From assembly GCF_006345805.1 (NCBI RefSeq), contig NC_043015.1:53506001-53570000 (forward strand): a DNA stretch of 64,000 nucleotides. The letters run 5' to 3'. A program made the translations under genes and the position numbers. The notes under the pieces are model-generated. The model did not search any database and was not told the DNA's origin. It saw only the letters and a program-made list of their open reading frames with translations. Shown one piece after another: positions 28,470-42,055 of this stretch. This DNA comes from Octopus sinensis (taxonomy: Eukaryota). The number at the start of each line of letters is the position of its first letter. The first letter of the stretch is position 1.

Positions 28470-28575
28470 CTTCTTGCACAGGCATTGCACGATAACAACA
28501 TTGATTAAGCTTCGTGCAATGGTCATACTCGATAACGAGGGGGCAGCTACCATGTATGAATGTATGTATGTATGT
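28470..28575 (+). mobile_element. Second, inverted short 3' end of the same LINE family
   Basis: 28505-28547 is the reverse complement of 28031-28072, followed by (ATGT)n. Confidence 0.7.
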
Positions 28576-28689
28576 TTTTTTTTTCGTAAGGCTTAAGGCT
28601 GTATCATGCGCGGGGACATAGAAATAAATGGACATACATACATACATACATACAGACATACATACATACATATATACATACTACTTCCC

Positions 28690-29275
28690 TATACTGCACG
28701 ATGTTGTCGCTAAAACGATTTATAATGCCATCCGCAAACATAAACTTAGAAAATCCCTCTGCTATTTAATACATTCCTAAACACCAACTCAAAGAATACT
28801 GGTGAAATATTCCCATCAAAACTACTGTCAACAGTAAAAATATCGGGCCGGATATTGTAATTTGGGACAGAGCGGCAAAGGTATGTACCGTCATAGAGGC
28901 CAGCTACCCTGCACATATAACTCTCTCTTTGAAAATCAAAGAAAAACAGGTTTTCTATGGATAACTGCTTTGAAACCTCCAGCTTGTATATCCAGAATAT
29001 GAATTCATATTCATAGCAATAATAATTGGGGTGCAAGGTTTTGTTAGTAAAAACTTAAAGAAGAATCTGGATAAACTGGGATTTCCAGAAAGAAAATCGA
29101 CCGGCTAATTCGTACATACAAGTGCAATCTGTGAGTGGAACAGTAAAAATATGCAAAACTTTTCTCAAATTCCAAATGTGAATCTGTCTCTGTTAACTAC
29201 ATCCCAAAGTCAGAGCCTTGTATCTTTGTTGGAAACCGGCCCCGTCTTCAATTGAAGATTATAATAATTAAATAA
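28690..29275 (+). mobile_element. RLE-type (R4/NeSL-like) LINE C-terminal fragment
   Basis: LHDVVAKTIY; PDIVIWDRAAKVCTVIEASYPA (PD..E nuclease motif); IIIGVQGFV; IQVQSVSGTVKICKTFL. Confidence 0.8.
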
Positions 29276-29330
29276 TAGAAATGACATACTTACATGGACA
29301 CATACATACACATATAGATATATACATATG

Positions 29331-29374
<44 letters not shown>

Positions 29375-29407
29375 ATATATTATATATATATATATATATA
29401 TAATATA

Positions 29408-29465
<58 letters not shown>

Positions 29466-29773
29466 AATATATATGTATATATATATAAATGTATATGTAT
29501 ATATATATATATATTGTTGTATTTAGGAATGGTCATTTTGCCAGTTTAGCCAATAAAAACAAACGCAGTATATATTTGGTGTTACTTTGCTTCAGTGTTA
29601 TTTATTTTTTACATTAATCTTAATCTTATACCTCTATGTGTGTCTATGTTTAGTTAGTGTGTGTGTGGGGGGGGGTTAAGTGCCTGTAATATTTGTAACT
29701 CCTGTTTATATACGTTCGTGTAATATGTTTTTGCTTTTGTTTATTTTTATTTTGTTCATGTGTTTACACCTAC

Positions 29774-29816
<43 letters not shown>

Positions 29817-31371
29817 GTAAATAACTATATAGTTATTTATTTCCATTTGTTTAATTATCTTTGTATTTTATTATGTTTTTAGTTTTGTTTATATTGTTAC
29901 CAGTTTATGGGGATTTTCTGTCATATGCTGTGGGGTGTGCTAGTGTTGCATTCCAGTTTCCTATTCAGGCTAGGTTTATCTTGTATTACGTCTGTAGCTT
30001 CCGTAATTTGTCTGATTGTTGCGTCTGTTCTATGTGTGGACAAGATTTTAACTTCTATATTGTTGAGTGAGCCGCCGTGTTCCTGCTCGGCGTGTTGGTA
30101 AAGAAGCGATGAGCTCTTTCCTTCCTTAAGTTCTCTCCAATGTGCATTTACCCGCTCTCCTATCCTCCGTGCCGTTTCCTCTACGTATGTCGTTGTCTTG
30201 TTACTGCATCGTCCTTCTATATATCTTATTCTATAGACTACATTTCTGGTTTTACAGTTTGTTCGTGGACTAAATCGAAAAGCATATGCTCAACTCCTGC
30301 AAGTCCATCTAAGACCATTCTTCCACATTTCGTAATTTTTTGTGGCGTTTTTACCAAGTTTAACACAAAATAATCATGTTTATCGAGCATCGAGGTGAAA
30401 AATTGTCTTCACGTATCGACTGCATTCTGCAAACGTGTCAGCTGTAAGAAGCAGTGTGTAGTGGGGTGCATTTGAAGTGCTTTTACAGCTATCTCCTTCA
30501 GTCTGGAATATCAAATATCTGCAGGTCACCTAATTAGGATTAGAGTAATCACTTCCTAAATGTACAATGTTCTAGGACATTTATAACTATTTCTCTAAAA
30601 TAAAAAGGTCACAAAACATCTGGAATGCATCTCGTGTTCATTCCATATTTTCTGTTTGATATTTTATGTCGTACATAATATGAAATATCATATGAAATAT
30701 GTTAATTTATTTCATAGTCTACCACAACATTTTATAATTTACAGTTTATTATTATTTATAACCCTATAAATTTTTATTATATATCTCATTATATATTTTT
30801 ATTAGATTGTTAATTACAAGTAACGAGTGTATCATTGTTCAGTGGTGCAGAATTGATCAAACAAAAATTTCCAACGCTTCTCGCATGCAAAAGTAGATAA
30901 AAATGAACGGCAAAAAATTATAAATGACAAAATCAAAAACCACACTTACAAAAACTAATGCAAATTTCGATTTATTAATCGATCTTCTGTATAACAAAAT
31001 TATAAATTATACGTTGCTCAAAATTTTCATATATCTATATGGATTTTTAATCTACATTTTCTAATCCATATGTATCTCTGATCCAGAAAATTATAGATTT
31101 TTAAAAATCCATATTTATGGATAAGAATTTATTTATGGATAAGAATCTTAAATAAATAAAAAATTTTCTGAACATATTTTTTTTATAATTACAGGTGTAT
31201 CAAGATAACTGCTTGCAAGACGACGTTTGGAAACTGCATTTGTAATATGATTTTATTTGAATATTGAGTTCATTTATGCGTACAGAGATCAGTCACGCAA
31301 GAATATAGGCATAACAATGTGTTTATGCATTTTTGTGTATGTACACATGCATAAATATTTATATATACATG

Positions 31372-31486
<115 letters not shown>

Positions 31487-31639
31487 ATATATATACATAC
31501 ATACACACACACACACGCATATATATATACATACAAACATACATACATATATTCATATATACATGCACACATACATATGTATATATACAAACATATATAA
31601 ACCCTTTTCTATTTTCTCTCTTTGCTTATTTCTCTATTC

Positions 31640-31675
31640 CTTCCCGTGGAAGAGCGTAGGTTTGAAACGTAAAAG
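31640..31675 (+). ncRNA. Minimal hammerhead motif in a solo pLTR (~31600-31790) of the 59-63 kb PLE family, degenerate
   Basis: CTTC-CCGTGGA-A-GAGC(GTAG)GTTT-GAAA-CG-TA-AAAG; flanks match 63085-63240. Confidence 0.6.
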
Positions 31676-32756
31676 ACTTTCTCACTTCCCGATTGTTAAA
31701 CTAATACATCTGTTTGCTTTGTACACCACCTGTATTCGTCATTTGTTTTTTGTAAATTCTCACTTTTTTATAAATTCCCACTACATACATACATACATGC
31801 ATACATACAATACACACATATATATATGTATGTTATACTATGTGTGTGTGTGTATATCTGTCTGTCTGTCTATCTATTTATATCTATCTGTGTGTATGCA
31901 TGTATATGTACATATGCATTTCTACACACAAAATATGTTGCACAAGAAGACAACTCATTTTGACTGGTAGTTTCAATTTATTTCAGAAACGTTCATGGGA
32001 TTATTAAATCACGTGACATGGCTTGACGGATAGGCATTGTTCTTGCTTATTGTTTGAAAAACCCTGCTTTAGCCATTGGTCGCTCCTAATGTAACAAGAG
32101 AATGAAACTGGAACCTATGGCAGGGAAAACAAAGTACGAAGGGCAGGCCAGTTTATGCATCAGAGGAAGGTAGTTACTAGTGATGAATGGTGATGGTCGT
32201 GGCTGAGTAATTCATATCTGAAACGAAAAATTGAATTTCTAATTTTAGTTGCTAAGGAGCAAGTCATTGGAACGAATTTGATAACAGCAAAGATAAGTTT
32301 GGATCATATACCAATGGAGAATGTATGAAAAGAGTAGACAGAATAATTAACAATGTGCTAAACGAGTGCAGTAGGATTCCACAAAACGAGTATGAACGCA
32401 AGAATAGTTGTGTCAGTAAAAATATGCATTAGAATATTAGCGATGTTCGTGAATTGGAAATAGCATAAATGCAGGACTGATGTGAATGCTAAATATTACT
32501 CTTTTAGAGATTACTGTTGATAGATATATCATTTCGTCTTTGACACACTTATGAAGTATCTAGGTCAAAATTACATGATGCAGCTCTCCTTCTTTGCGTT
32601 GCTAATTTTGGAAATCTCTTCGACTGTTTTCAGGACACTCGGTTAACGCGATAACTGTGATTTTTGAAAAGGTGAGAAATTAATCCTGTTTGATAATGCA
32701 CAATTGACTGTAAACCGCTTCCATCTCAGCAGTCTTGTATTATCTATGAACAATAA

Positions 32757-32970
32757 GGCGGTGAGCTGGCAGAACCGTTAGCACACCGGGCGAAATGATT
32801 AGTTGCACTTCGTTTGTCTACATGTTCTGAGTTCATATTCTGTTGGGGCCGACTTTGCTTTCATCCTTTCGTGAGTCGATAAATTAAATACCAGTGAAAC
32901 ACTGGGGTCGATGTAGTTGACTAGTCCCCTCCTACCAAATTTCAGGCATTGTGCCTTTCGTAGAAAGGAT
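32757..32970 (+). mobile_element. SINE family C, near full length; degenerate minus-strand copies at ~33060-33225, ~33270-33400 and ~53905-54100
   Basis: GGCGGTGAGCTGGCAGAACCGTTAG...GTTCTGAGTTCA...CGACTTTGCTTTCATCCTTTCG...GGGGTCGATG. Confidence 0.75.
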
Positions 32971-33606
32971 TATCTATGAACATTAAAAGTCGAAATCATT
33001 CCCCACGAAGAAATCTGTGTACCTTTGACTCAAAGCCAGCAGTTTCGAAAGCAGGCAGAAGTTTATTACATCAACCCCAGTGATCAACTGGTAGTTATTT
33101 TATAGACTCTAACAAGGTAAAACGCAAGATTGCCCTCATCGATATTTGAACGAGGAACGTAATGAGGCAGAGGAAATGCTAGTAAGCATTTCATCCGTTT
33201 TAACGTTTCTGCCATCTTGCTACCTGAGTGGTTCCAAATCATGACACAAAACTGGTAATTTTAGTGAGAGAGATGTAGTTGTATACATCGACTATAATAA
33301 TTGATTGGTATTTTATTTTATCGATCCCAATATGATGAAAGGTAAAGTTGATCTCGGGGAACGTTTGAACTCAGAACGTATAGAACCAGAAATAACAACG
33401 CTAAGAATTCTTGAAAAGCAATAGGAACAATTGAAGCAAACAGATACAATTCCAGCAACAGAATGGTTGAGGGGTATTCCATAAATTCATTTCTTGAAAA
33501 CAAATGGGAAATTAGATCAAATATTAATAAGAATGTGTACGAATTATGTTTTCAGTTCTATTTTCCAGGTTTGCATCGCCAAGCTTCTATATACAAGGAG
33601 AGAAAC

Positions 33607-33677
<71 letters not shown>

Positions 33678-33871
33678 TATGCAGAACACCCGGCGTGGCA
33701 GGTAAGGTTATGTAAGTTCTACGACAAGGGTGTAGTTAGATTATCGCTTCGATAATAATTCGAGTGAGGTGCCTAATGCGGATTTTGTGTGTGTATGCAT
33801 ATGTTAAATAAAATGTGACAATAAAACCAAGACTATGTGTAATTTACAGGACATTTATAAAGAGAAAGGCA

Positions 33872-33919
33872 ATCTTACAGGTGTTTCTGGGATATTAGGG
33901 ATATTCCTTCATCAGAGAC
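33872..33919 (-). ncRNA. Type I hammerhead motif in a short element (~33675-34040) flanked by TA/CA repeats
   Basis: GTCT-CTGATGA-A-GGAATAT(cccta)ATATCCC-A-GAAA-CACCTG-TA-AGAT; stem III is one change from the ACAGCTGT palindrome. Confidence 0.7.
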
Positions 33920-34058
33920 GATAGAAGAGAGCTAACTAGAGGGAAATAGTAGAGTTCAATATAAGGGGTTATTTTGGAAAAGGATGGATATAAATTCCAC
34001 ACAGCCCTGGTTTTTTGTTGTCTCATTTTATTTAATACATACACACATACACACACAC

Positions 34059-34120
<62 letters not shown>

Positions 34121-35978
34121 CAAATTAATATTTGTTATCAGTTATCATCATATTCCTATTTATCCCTAAGATTATTTCTTATTCAAAATGTGATTTTAAA
34201 TGTACAATTGATCATATTTTTGTTGTATTTGTTTAAATCCCATTTCATTTTAATTTCAAATTCCTTTATAATTTGACCTTATCATTCGTATTTTCCAAAC
34301 CGATAAATAATTATCATAAATGTATTGGCATCCTGTAAATCGATTCTTCCAGAATGGCTTTAGTAAGTGGCCTAAGAGGCCTTGTTTCTGATTTTTAAAT
34401 CCTAGTAATCTTTACGAATTAACTTCTAAATTAAAATCTAAATTAGTTGAGACTATTTTATTATGCAAATATTTTAAATATTTCCGATAGCAAATCCCCA
34501 AATTTTCGATATTAAAATCCCTCATCCCGATACGAAACCCCATCCTTTACACCTGCCAAGCAGTGGCGTAGATTGGGTGTGTCCGACCTGGGGCAGCCCT
34601 TTGGTTTGCCGCCTCACACGACCCGGGCTTGCACAAGCCTATACAAGCATACATCGCAGATCCAGAAGTACCGCCCATGGAAAGCTTTACCCCAGAATGA
34701 CCAATCCGCTCCACGACTCAATAACGCTACGGCTTCCATAAAGAACGGACCAAAGTAACGCAGAAATAATGGCGACCATTTCAAACATTAAGACGTTCCC
34801 TTATATGGTCGACATTGTGATAATATTGGGGAAAAAAACTAAAATAGGGCAAACCATTATCATTATCTCTATATCATATTTCATGTTATGACCGTTAAAT
34901 CCCATTTTATTATTCCAGAAAAAAACGATATCATTAAATATAAATGAATTACACAAAAAATTATATGTATATAAATATAAAAAAAGTTATTTTTTTACAG
35001 TGAACTAATTTCTAGTGAAACCCATTAAATCTTATAAAATTATAGTCGAACATAACTTGTACATAGAACTGGAGCCGTCGTCTATCCTCTGGAGACATTT
35101 TAATATACCATAAAAAAAGTATTACCCAATTGGGAACTGGGCATTTAGCATTGTTTTAAGCGTGTATTGTATCGGAAACAATTGAATGTGTATGTATGAG
35201 TGTATGCACATTTATGTATGTATATGTGCGTATCTATCTCTCTTTCTTCTATTCATCTCACTTTCTCCCTATATATATAGACGTGTGTGTTTTAAGTGTG
35301 TGTGTGTGTATATATATATATAGATAGATAGATAGGTACATACATACATAGATATGTACGTATATATATATACATATATATATATACATACACACACATA
35401 CGCACTCAGATGCATACATGCATATATATATGTATATATATATATGTAATTATATATGTGTATATATTCACATATATACACATATATACATATATGTATA
35501 TATATACATACATGTGTACATACATATATATATATATATATATATAATATAATATATATATATATATATATAATATATATACATATATACATATATAGGA
35601 ATCTATGTATATGTATGATATATGCAGGAGTATATATGTAGATTTTGATTAATACGTGTGTGTGTGTGTGTATGTGTCCATAGTAATCCCTTCTCTAACT
35701 AAGTAACGATTTTAAACATACATAGCATCGACAAATTCTAGTCAACGATCATATTTTAGATAAAAAAAATTCTATAACAATATTCAACGGCTGTATATAC
35801 GGAGACTAAATTAGCAAAATAACTATATGTAGACGTGTGGTTAGAAGCATGCTGCCCAACCACATGGTTCCGGGTTCAGTTTAACTGCGTGGCACCTTGG
35901 GCTAGTGTTTTCTACTATAGTCTCGTGCTGACCAAAGCCTTGTGAGTGGATTTGGTAAACGGAAACTGAAAGAAGCCT

Positions 35979-36017
<39 letters not shown>

Positions 36018-36020
<3 letters not shown>

Positions 36021-36625
36021 TTAGTTGCCCGTTTTCAGTTTCAATTTTCCTGTAACAAGCGGATTATAAGTGGATAAAACAGTGTATTTGGCTTTAAATA
36101 ACCCTCTTTAGCCCTTAATTATATGATGTATATTGCAACCGTAACGGTTTTTTTTAAATATACTGCCCACGCTTCCTGATGAATTCCTTTGCTGTAGAGT
36201 AAGGGACTTCATCCTATATTGCTTAGTAGTAAACTCGATGCTTGCTACAGGAGGACTGGTAACCATTACAATTTGTAGCGCGGCGAAAGGTCTGGACGTT
36301 GTTTTCTGAGGCTGACCAAAGAATTTTTATTTTTAGATATAAGTGATGTACTCAAGTGTAGTTATGTTTTTAGCTTGTGCTTTTTCCATGATCATACGTG
36401 ATATATTTTATTTATATCCATCGAAAGTTCTACTGAAGAAGGAATATATCTTTTTTTATAAGATTAAGTCCGAAATTGATTCAATATAGAGATAACGAAA
36501 TTTAAATTTTCTAAAGGTTAGTTGCCCGTTTTCAGTTTCAATTTTCCTGTAACAAGCGGATTATAAGTGGATAAAACAGTGTATTTGGCTTTAGAATAAC
36601 CCTCTTTAGCCCTTAATTATATGAT
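36018..36625 (+). mobile_element. HHR-bearing retrozyme/pLTR-like unit, ~497 bp period with ~110 bp direct terminal repeat, in (TA)n
   Basis: AGGTTAGTTGCCCG...TTAATTATATGAT at 36018-36127 and 36515-36625. Confidence 0.85.
36429..36490 (+). ncRNA. Intact-looking type I hammerhead ribozyme
   Basis: TCTA-CTGAAGA-A-GGA..ATCTT..AAGAT..TCC-GAAA-TTGA(T)TCAA-TA-TAGA. Confidence 0.8.
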
Positions 36626-36777
36626 ATATATATATATATATATATACAAATATATATATTGGCATGTAGCTTCACCATGTTTTCTGACGTGAATTTACTA
36701 CCCAGTATCGGTTAACCGAATATCGATACTAGGATAATTCATTCAACTACTTATATATATATATATTATATATATAT

Positions 36778-36841
<64 letters not shown>

Positions 36842-37157
36842 ATATATATATAGTTATATGCCTATATTTGTGTATCTGTGTTTGTCCCACACCATAGCTT
36901 GCCAACCAGTATTGGTGTGATTGCTTCCTTCAAAACTAGCAGTTCGGCAAAAGAGAACGGATATAAAATACGTACTAGGCTCACAAAGGATAAGTCCTGT
37001 ATCGATTTGTTCGACTAAAGGTTTTGCTCCAGCATGGCCCCGGTCAAATGACTGAAACAGAGGAATAAATGAACAAAAGAATATATATATATATATAATA
37101 TATATATATATATATAATATATAATACATACATATATTATATATATATATAATATAT

Positions 37158-37199
<42 letters not shown>

Positions 37200-37219
37200 A
37201 TATATATATATATATATAT

Positions 37220-37375
37220 GTGGCTCTGTGGTAAGTAGCTTGCTTACCAGCACATGGTCCCGGGTTCAGTCCCACTGCGTGATACCTTGGGCAAGTGTGT
37301 TCTACTATAGCATTGGGTCGACCAAAGCCTTGTTAGTGGATTTGGTAGACGGAAACTGAAAGAAGCCCGTCGCAT
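37220..37375 (+). mobile_element. SINE family A, 5' half
   Basis: GTGGCTCTGTGGTAAGTAGC...GGTCCCGGGTTCAGTCCC...GGAAACTGAAAGAAGCCCG. Confidence 0.8.
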
Positions 37376-37533
37376 ATATGTATATATGTATTATATATAT
37401 ATATATATAATATATATATATATCTGTTTGCATACATACAAAGAGTATATATGTATATATTTATACATACATTTATATATGTTTTTATATATACAAACGT
37501 ACACACACACACACATACACACACACAGACACA

Positions 37534-37582
<49 letters not shown>

Positions 37583-39391
37583 ATACATATATATATATAT
37601 ATATAAGTACAGCATAAATGTTAAAGAACCATGCATTCCGTAAGTCATCTCAAAAAATCACCCTCTCAGTCCATTGTACATCAAAATGAACTGGTTTGAG
37701 GTGTCGTCATCAGTAATTCATCAAAGAACATTCTAAAAGTTTGGTACTCTTCGTATTTACACTTTATGTCAGGAATGTATAATAGTATTACAGCTCAAGA
37801 TTGTCTCCAACTCGAATATATTTTGTTATTTTCACAAACAGTTTTGTTAGCCTGCAGAAAATTTCGAAATGACTGTTAAAACTGAATCAACACTGACCTA
37901 CGTTGTTGTTTTTATTTAGCTTTTATATAAATGTATATTTATACACACATACACACACATACACACTCACACACACACATATATAATTATATATATATAG
38001 TTATACCAAAAATACTCCCACAGGAATGATATGAACGAAAATGCTCCATAAATGGAAAAAATGCAGAGCTTTAGAATAATTGTTATTGTTAGAGCCCAGG
38101 TTTAGTAATGTTGAGGGTGTGGACAGTCATTACTTACCTTTCATGAAATGTAACTCTGACATCGGTGTAATTTGAACTCAGTTCATGAAGATGGAGAATA
38201 AATGCTGAGGCATTTTTATGACTAACAGCCCTGTAACTGCACCATCTTTTGTAACATTGTGTGCCTAACTACAGAAAGTACGAAGAGAAAGTTGAAAATA
38301 AAATGAAATCACATTTTAAAATAAATACTCATTTCTACTACAGATAGAAGCCCTGAGCAATTCACATTTATTAAATCCTTTCATAAATTGCTTTGCATGA
38401 ATATATAATTTTCGATATGAATATAAAATATTTATTCATATAATATTGTAATAGCTACTTCCTGTCAATTCATTTTATATTGAAGTGCTATATTTCATTT
38501 TACTTTCCTTCATTGATCAAACTCCTCATTCACTCACAAAAGCCATAAGAAAATAGTATGGTTTAATCCCCTGTATAATGTGAACATGCCTTCATTATAT
38601 TAATGAACTTACTAAGCTGAATACCTATACACCACCTCACTACTCTGTGATGACGTAATATGTTTATACTAATTTTGCTACATTTAACTAGAACAACTAT
38701 TCTAACACCTATGCAACTGTAGAAATTTCGGTAATTTTCCCTTTAATAAGATATATTTTGGAAAGTTAGTGTATGAAGCTGCTATACGATATAATTATAT
38801 GACAGAAAACACGGCAATAGAGGTGAGCAACATACCTGTTCGCTCAGAAAGAATAGATACTGCAACACGTTCTCAAAATTAGTTTGGTATTTAAGGGATA
38901 GAAAGACAGAAAATACTACAGTGAAATGAATTGCAGCCGAAAAGCAAGCAACTACAGAACAACAGTGGAAACAGTTGCAACTTGTAAGCCACGAAAACAC
39001 TTGATATAATCATTCTGCTGAGAAGTATCTTAAATAGGATTGAATTAATATTTTCGTTTTTGTTGACATACAAGGAAATTTTCAGTCTGTAACATGAATA
39101 CACAATTAACTCCATTTTAATTAACCTGATGGATTTACATCAATTAATTATCTAATATCCTCGCCACCCTTACATACATTTCTCCCATTACGAAATATTT
39201 AATTACCAACTAATTTTTTATTTTATTTTGCACAATGTACATTAGCGGTATTAAAAGTGTTTATTATATTTTTCATTCACAATTACAATTATGGAAATAT
39301 TTGAATTATTCTCCTTAATAATTTTTTACAATTTCGACATGAGTTATTTCCCTTTCTCTAAGTAATATAAATGAAATCGTGAATTACACGA

Positions 39392-39598
39392 ACATTACAA
39401 ATGTCAGAAAGACGTAAATATGATATTAATGGTTTACGATGTGTCCCGTGGCCTATTTTAAAATTCTACCATAATGTATTTTTCTTTATGTCCACATTTT
39501 AAGAAATACTTCTTAGCGGAATTTTAAAATAGGCCACCCGACACATCATAAACAACATTAATATCTTGTTTATGTCTTTCTGACATTTGTTTATTGTT
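39392..39598. repeat. Imperfect inverted repeat (~75 bp arms)
   Basis: ACAAATGTCAGAAAGACGTAAATATGATATTAATG..TGGCCTATTTTAAAATTC versus GAATTTTAAAATAGGCCA..CATTAATATCTTGTTTATGTCTTTCTGACATTTGT. Confidence 0.85.
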
Positions 39599-39978
39599 AA
39601 TATTGGTTATGTCACTTTGTGTCTTGCTTTTTGTCTCCTTCCTTATGACCTTTGAAGAAACAGACCCTGTTTCGTCAAACAGCAACTGCCAAGCGGTCTT
39701 GCTCTCTACTCGAAATATGTCGAAATAAACTCATGTTTGACCAGGAAATCCTATGTAGCTGTATTGCACAAGACTTGTGTATATTATTGTAACATTAAAT
39801 ATATAACATAAGGGGGATCAGCCATCTGAATGTGGCTAGGAACAGGGCGGGGTGGTGGGGGTGTTACTGATGCATTTAGCCCCAGGCGATCATCGACGTC
39901 ACCAGAAGGGCTGACACCATCACGGTGTCCTTGCCAGCCTGCAAAGGGAGATCAGCCTCCCCGAAGATACGGATACTA

Positions 39979-40021
39979 CATACGGACCGGTTTCGAGGTA
40001 ATTGCCTCTTATCAACGCATG
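39979..40021 (-). ncRNA. Degenerate minimal hammerhead motif
   Basis: CATGCG-TTGATAA-GAGG(CAATTA)CCTC-GAAA-CCGG-TC-CGTATG; palindromic stem III ACCGGT; core positions 3 and 8 are U and A. Confidence 0.65.
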
Positions 40022-40164
40022 GTAAGCACCGTTCTTCGTTGAGGGACTCCCTCTACAGGCTGGATATATATGAATTTTCACAGTAAACACATTTACTGAT
40101 GTAGAAAAACCGTTCGATAACAATAATAAATCTCTGAGCGAGATATAAACAGTAACTGCTCTAT

Positions 40165-40904
40165 AACCACTAATTGGGGATAAATTCTCGAAAGGAATGA
40201 AAATTAAAAACTAGATCCACATGCAAACTAATTACCTGTATATCTTAACTTTTCAGACCACAGCGCAGATGCAGATTATTTCCGGCGAGAGAGAGGATGC
40301 CGGTAAAATTTCGAACAAATTTATCAAAAAATATTTAAACATAATAAATAACATTAGGGTAATAAGAATTGTATAAATTATTATTACCAGTGGCCTAGCA
40401 CACAAAAGAAAAAAGAATTAGTCAATAGACTATATATTATTCACATAAAAATATCGTGTATATTAAAACACATCAAGAAGCTTCCAAATAGGAAAGCCTT
40501 GTGCTAGAAAGAGCATTATTACCCTAATGTTATTTATTATGTTTAAATATTTTTTGATAAATTTGTTCGAAATTTTACCGGCATCCTCTCTGTCGCCGGA
40601 AATAATCTGCATCTGCGCTGTGGTCTGAAAAGTTAGGATATACAGGTAACTAGTTTACATGTGGTTCTAGTTGTGTGTATATTTGAAATCTAAAGGGTCC
40701 CTACTGACGAAAACTAGCCTCAGTAAATATTTTTTTACTGGAATTAGTTACAAACCATGGTCTAGGAACTAAATGAGTTGGTAAACGTTTTTAATTTTCA
40801 TTCCTTTCGAGAATTTATCCCTAATTAGTGGTTTGAGTTTTCTACAGCTCTTTCTAGCACAAGGCTTTCCTATTTGGAAACCACTTGATGTGTCTTAATA
40901 TACA

Positions 40905-40910
<6 letters not shown>
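40165..40910 (+). mobile_element. HHR-bearing unit (40516-40910) with an inverted, permuted and partly deleted copy (40165-40514)
   Basis: Inverted blocks: 40165-40210/40788-40833, 40209-40364/40516-40672, 40451-40514/40847-40910; ends in (TA)n. Confidence 0.8.
40700..40766 (+). ncRNA. Type I hammerhead motif with G12 lost
   Basis: CCTA-CTGACGA-AAACTAG..CAGTAAA..TTTACTG..TTAGTTA-CAAA-CCATGG-TC-TAGG; palindromic stem III ACCATGGT. Confidence 0.65.
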
Positions 40911-40963
<53 letters not shown>

Positions 40964-41204
40964 TATGTGGGTACAGTACGTAATGACGTGTACAAGAAGA
41001 AAAAATGCAAAGTACGAGTACATGGAATATCAACTATTTTTCGAACAACGACTGACACAAATGGAAAAACAAGGCAGCAACATAAAGAACGACCCTTCAG
41101 AGTAGAATAATAAAGAGAAAGTCTTGGTACAGTATTATATATATTTGAGTGAATGAGTAGAGATAACTTTTTGAGGGATAATTTTAATTTTAATCGTAAT
41201 ACTA

Positions 41205-41280
<76 letters not shown>

Positions 41281-41286
41281 TAATAT

Positions 41287-41826
41287 GCAGTACCAGGCAG
41301 TGGCTCTCATGGCTTCTGATCTTAATGATTGGAAGTGTTATCATGTACATTGTTTTGTCTTGGTATAAAGATGGGCTACAGCAAATATTCTGCTCAATAC
41401 CACAGATTGCTTGTCAGTTGTTTGGCCTTAACCAGTTGAGCATGTCCCTTAGTGGCTGACGATATGTGCATCTCTGATCACGAGCAGAAGTAGTGGTGGG
41501 AGCATCATAGCCATGTGTTGAGAGGGATTCTTTGGGGTTTGAATAGTTCACCTCTGGAAACAGGGTGGTTCTTTAACATCCTTAAACAACCCTTATTCGG
41601 GGACCGTTTGAGCGGGATGCGCTACTCAACCTGAAGAAAATTCAAACTGGGCCCCACCTGCAAGGTCATGTGCTGTTTATCTTGATATGAGATCACCATG
41701 TCGCGCACATATGGTTGTGATGCATGTGCCTGGTGTACCTTATCAGACGGTAGTCATGATGGGTATATTGGCTTCGTATATTTTACCCCAGTGTCACTTT
41801 GATGGCATGAACTGCTCTCTCACTCA
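41287..41826 (-). mobile_element. Full-length non-autonomous retroposon sharing its 3' tail with the R4-like LINE, inserted in (TAA)n
   Basis: 41289-41332 is reverse-complementary to 48094-48138; (AAT)n on both sides; no ORF. Confidence 0.75.
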
Positions 41827-41852
41827 ATAATAATAATAATAATAATAATAAC

Positions 41853-41908
<56 letters not shown>

Positions 41909-42014
41909 GTCTACTTTACTAAGATTAAAATGGAAGTTATCCCCTCAAAAAAAGCCATCTGTACTCATTCTTTCACATATATATATTTTTTCTCTTCCTG
42001 TAAATTTTATTTAT

Positions 42015-42055
<41 letters not shown>

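Larger units (their letters stand above)
35835..37080 (+). mobile_element. SINE family A with its internal (TA)n expanded by nested insertions
   Basis: 5' half 35835-35985 and 3' half 36865-37080 are collinear with the 11729-12144 sequence. Confidence 0.75.

Noticed and set aside
30380-31245. Cys-rich reading (CKRVSCKKQC) and a splice-acceptor-like site near 31194
   Set aside because: Short, contains stops and gives no coherent exon chain; probably decayed transposon sequence but not assignable.
34561-34640. CAGTGGCGTAG hAT-like terminal sequence
   Set aside because: No matching second TIR or TSD was found.
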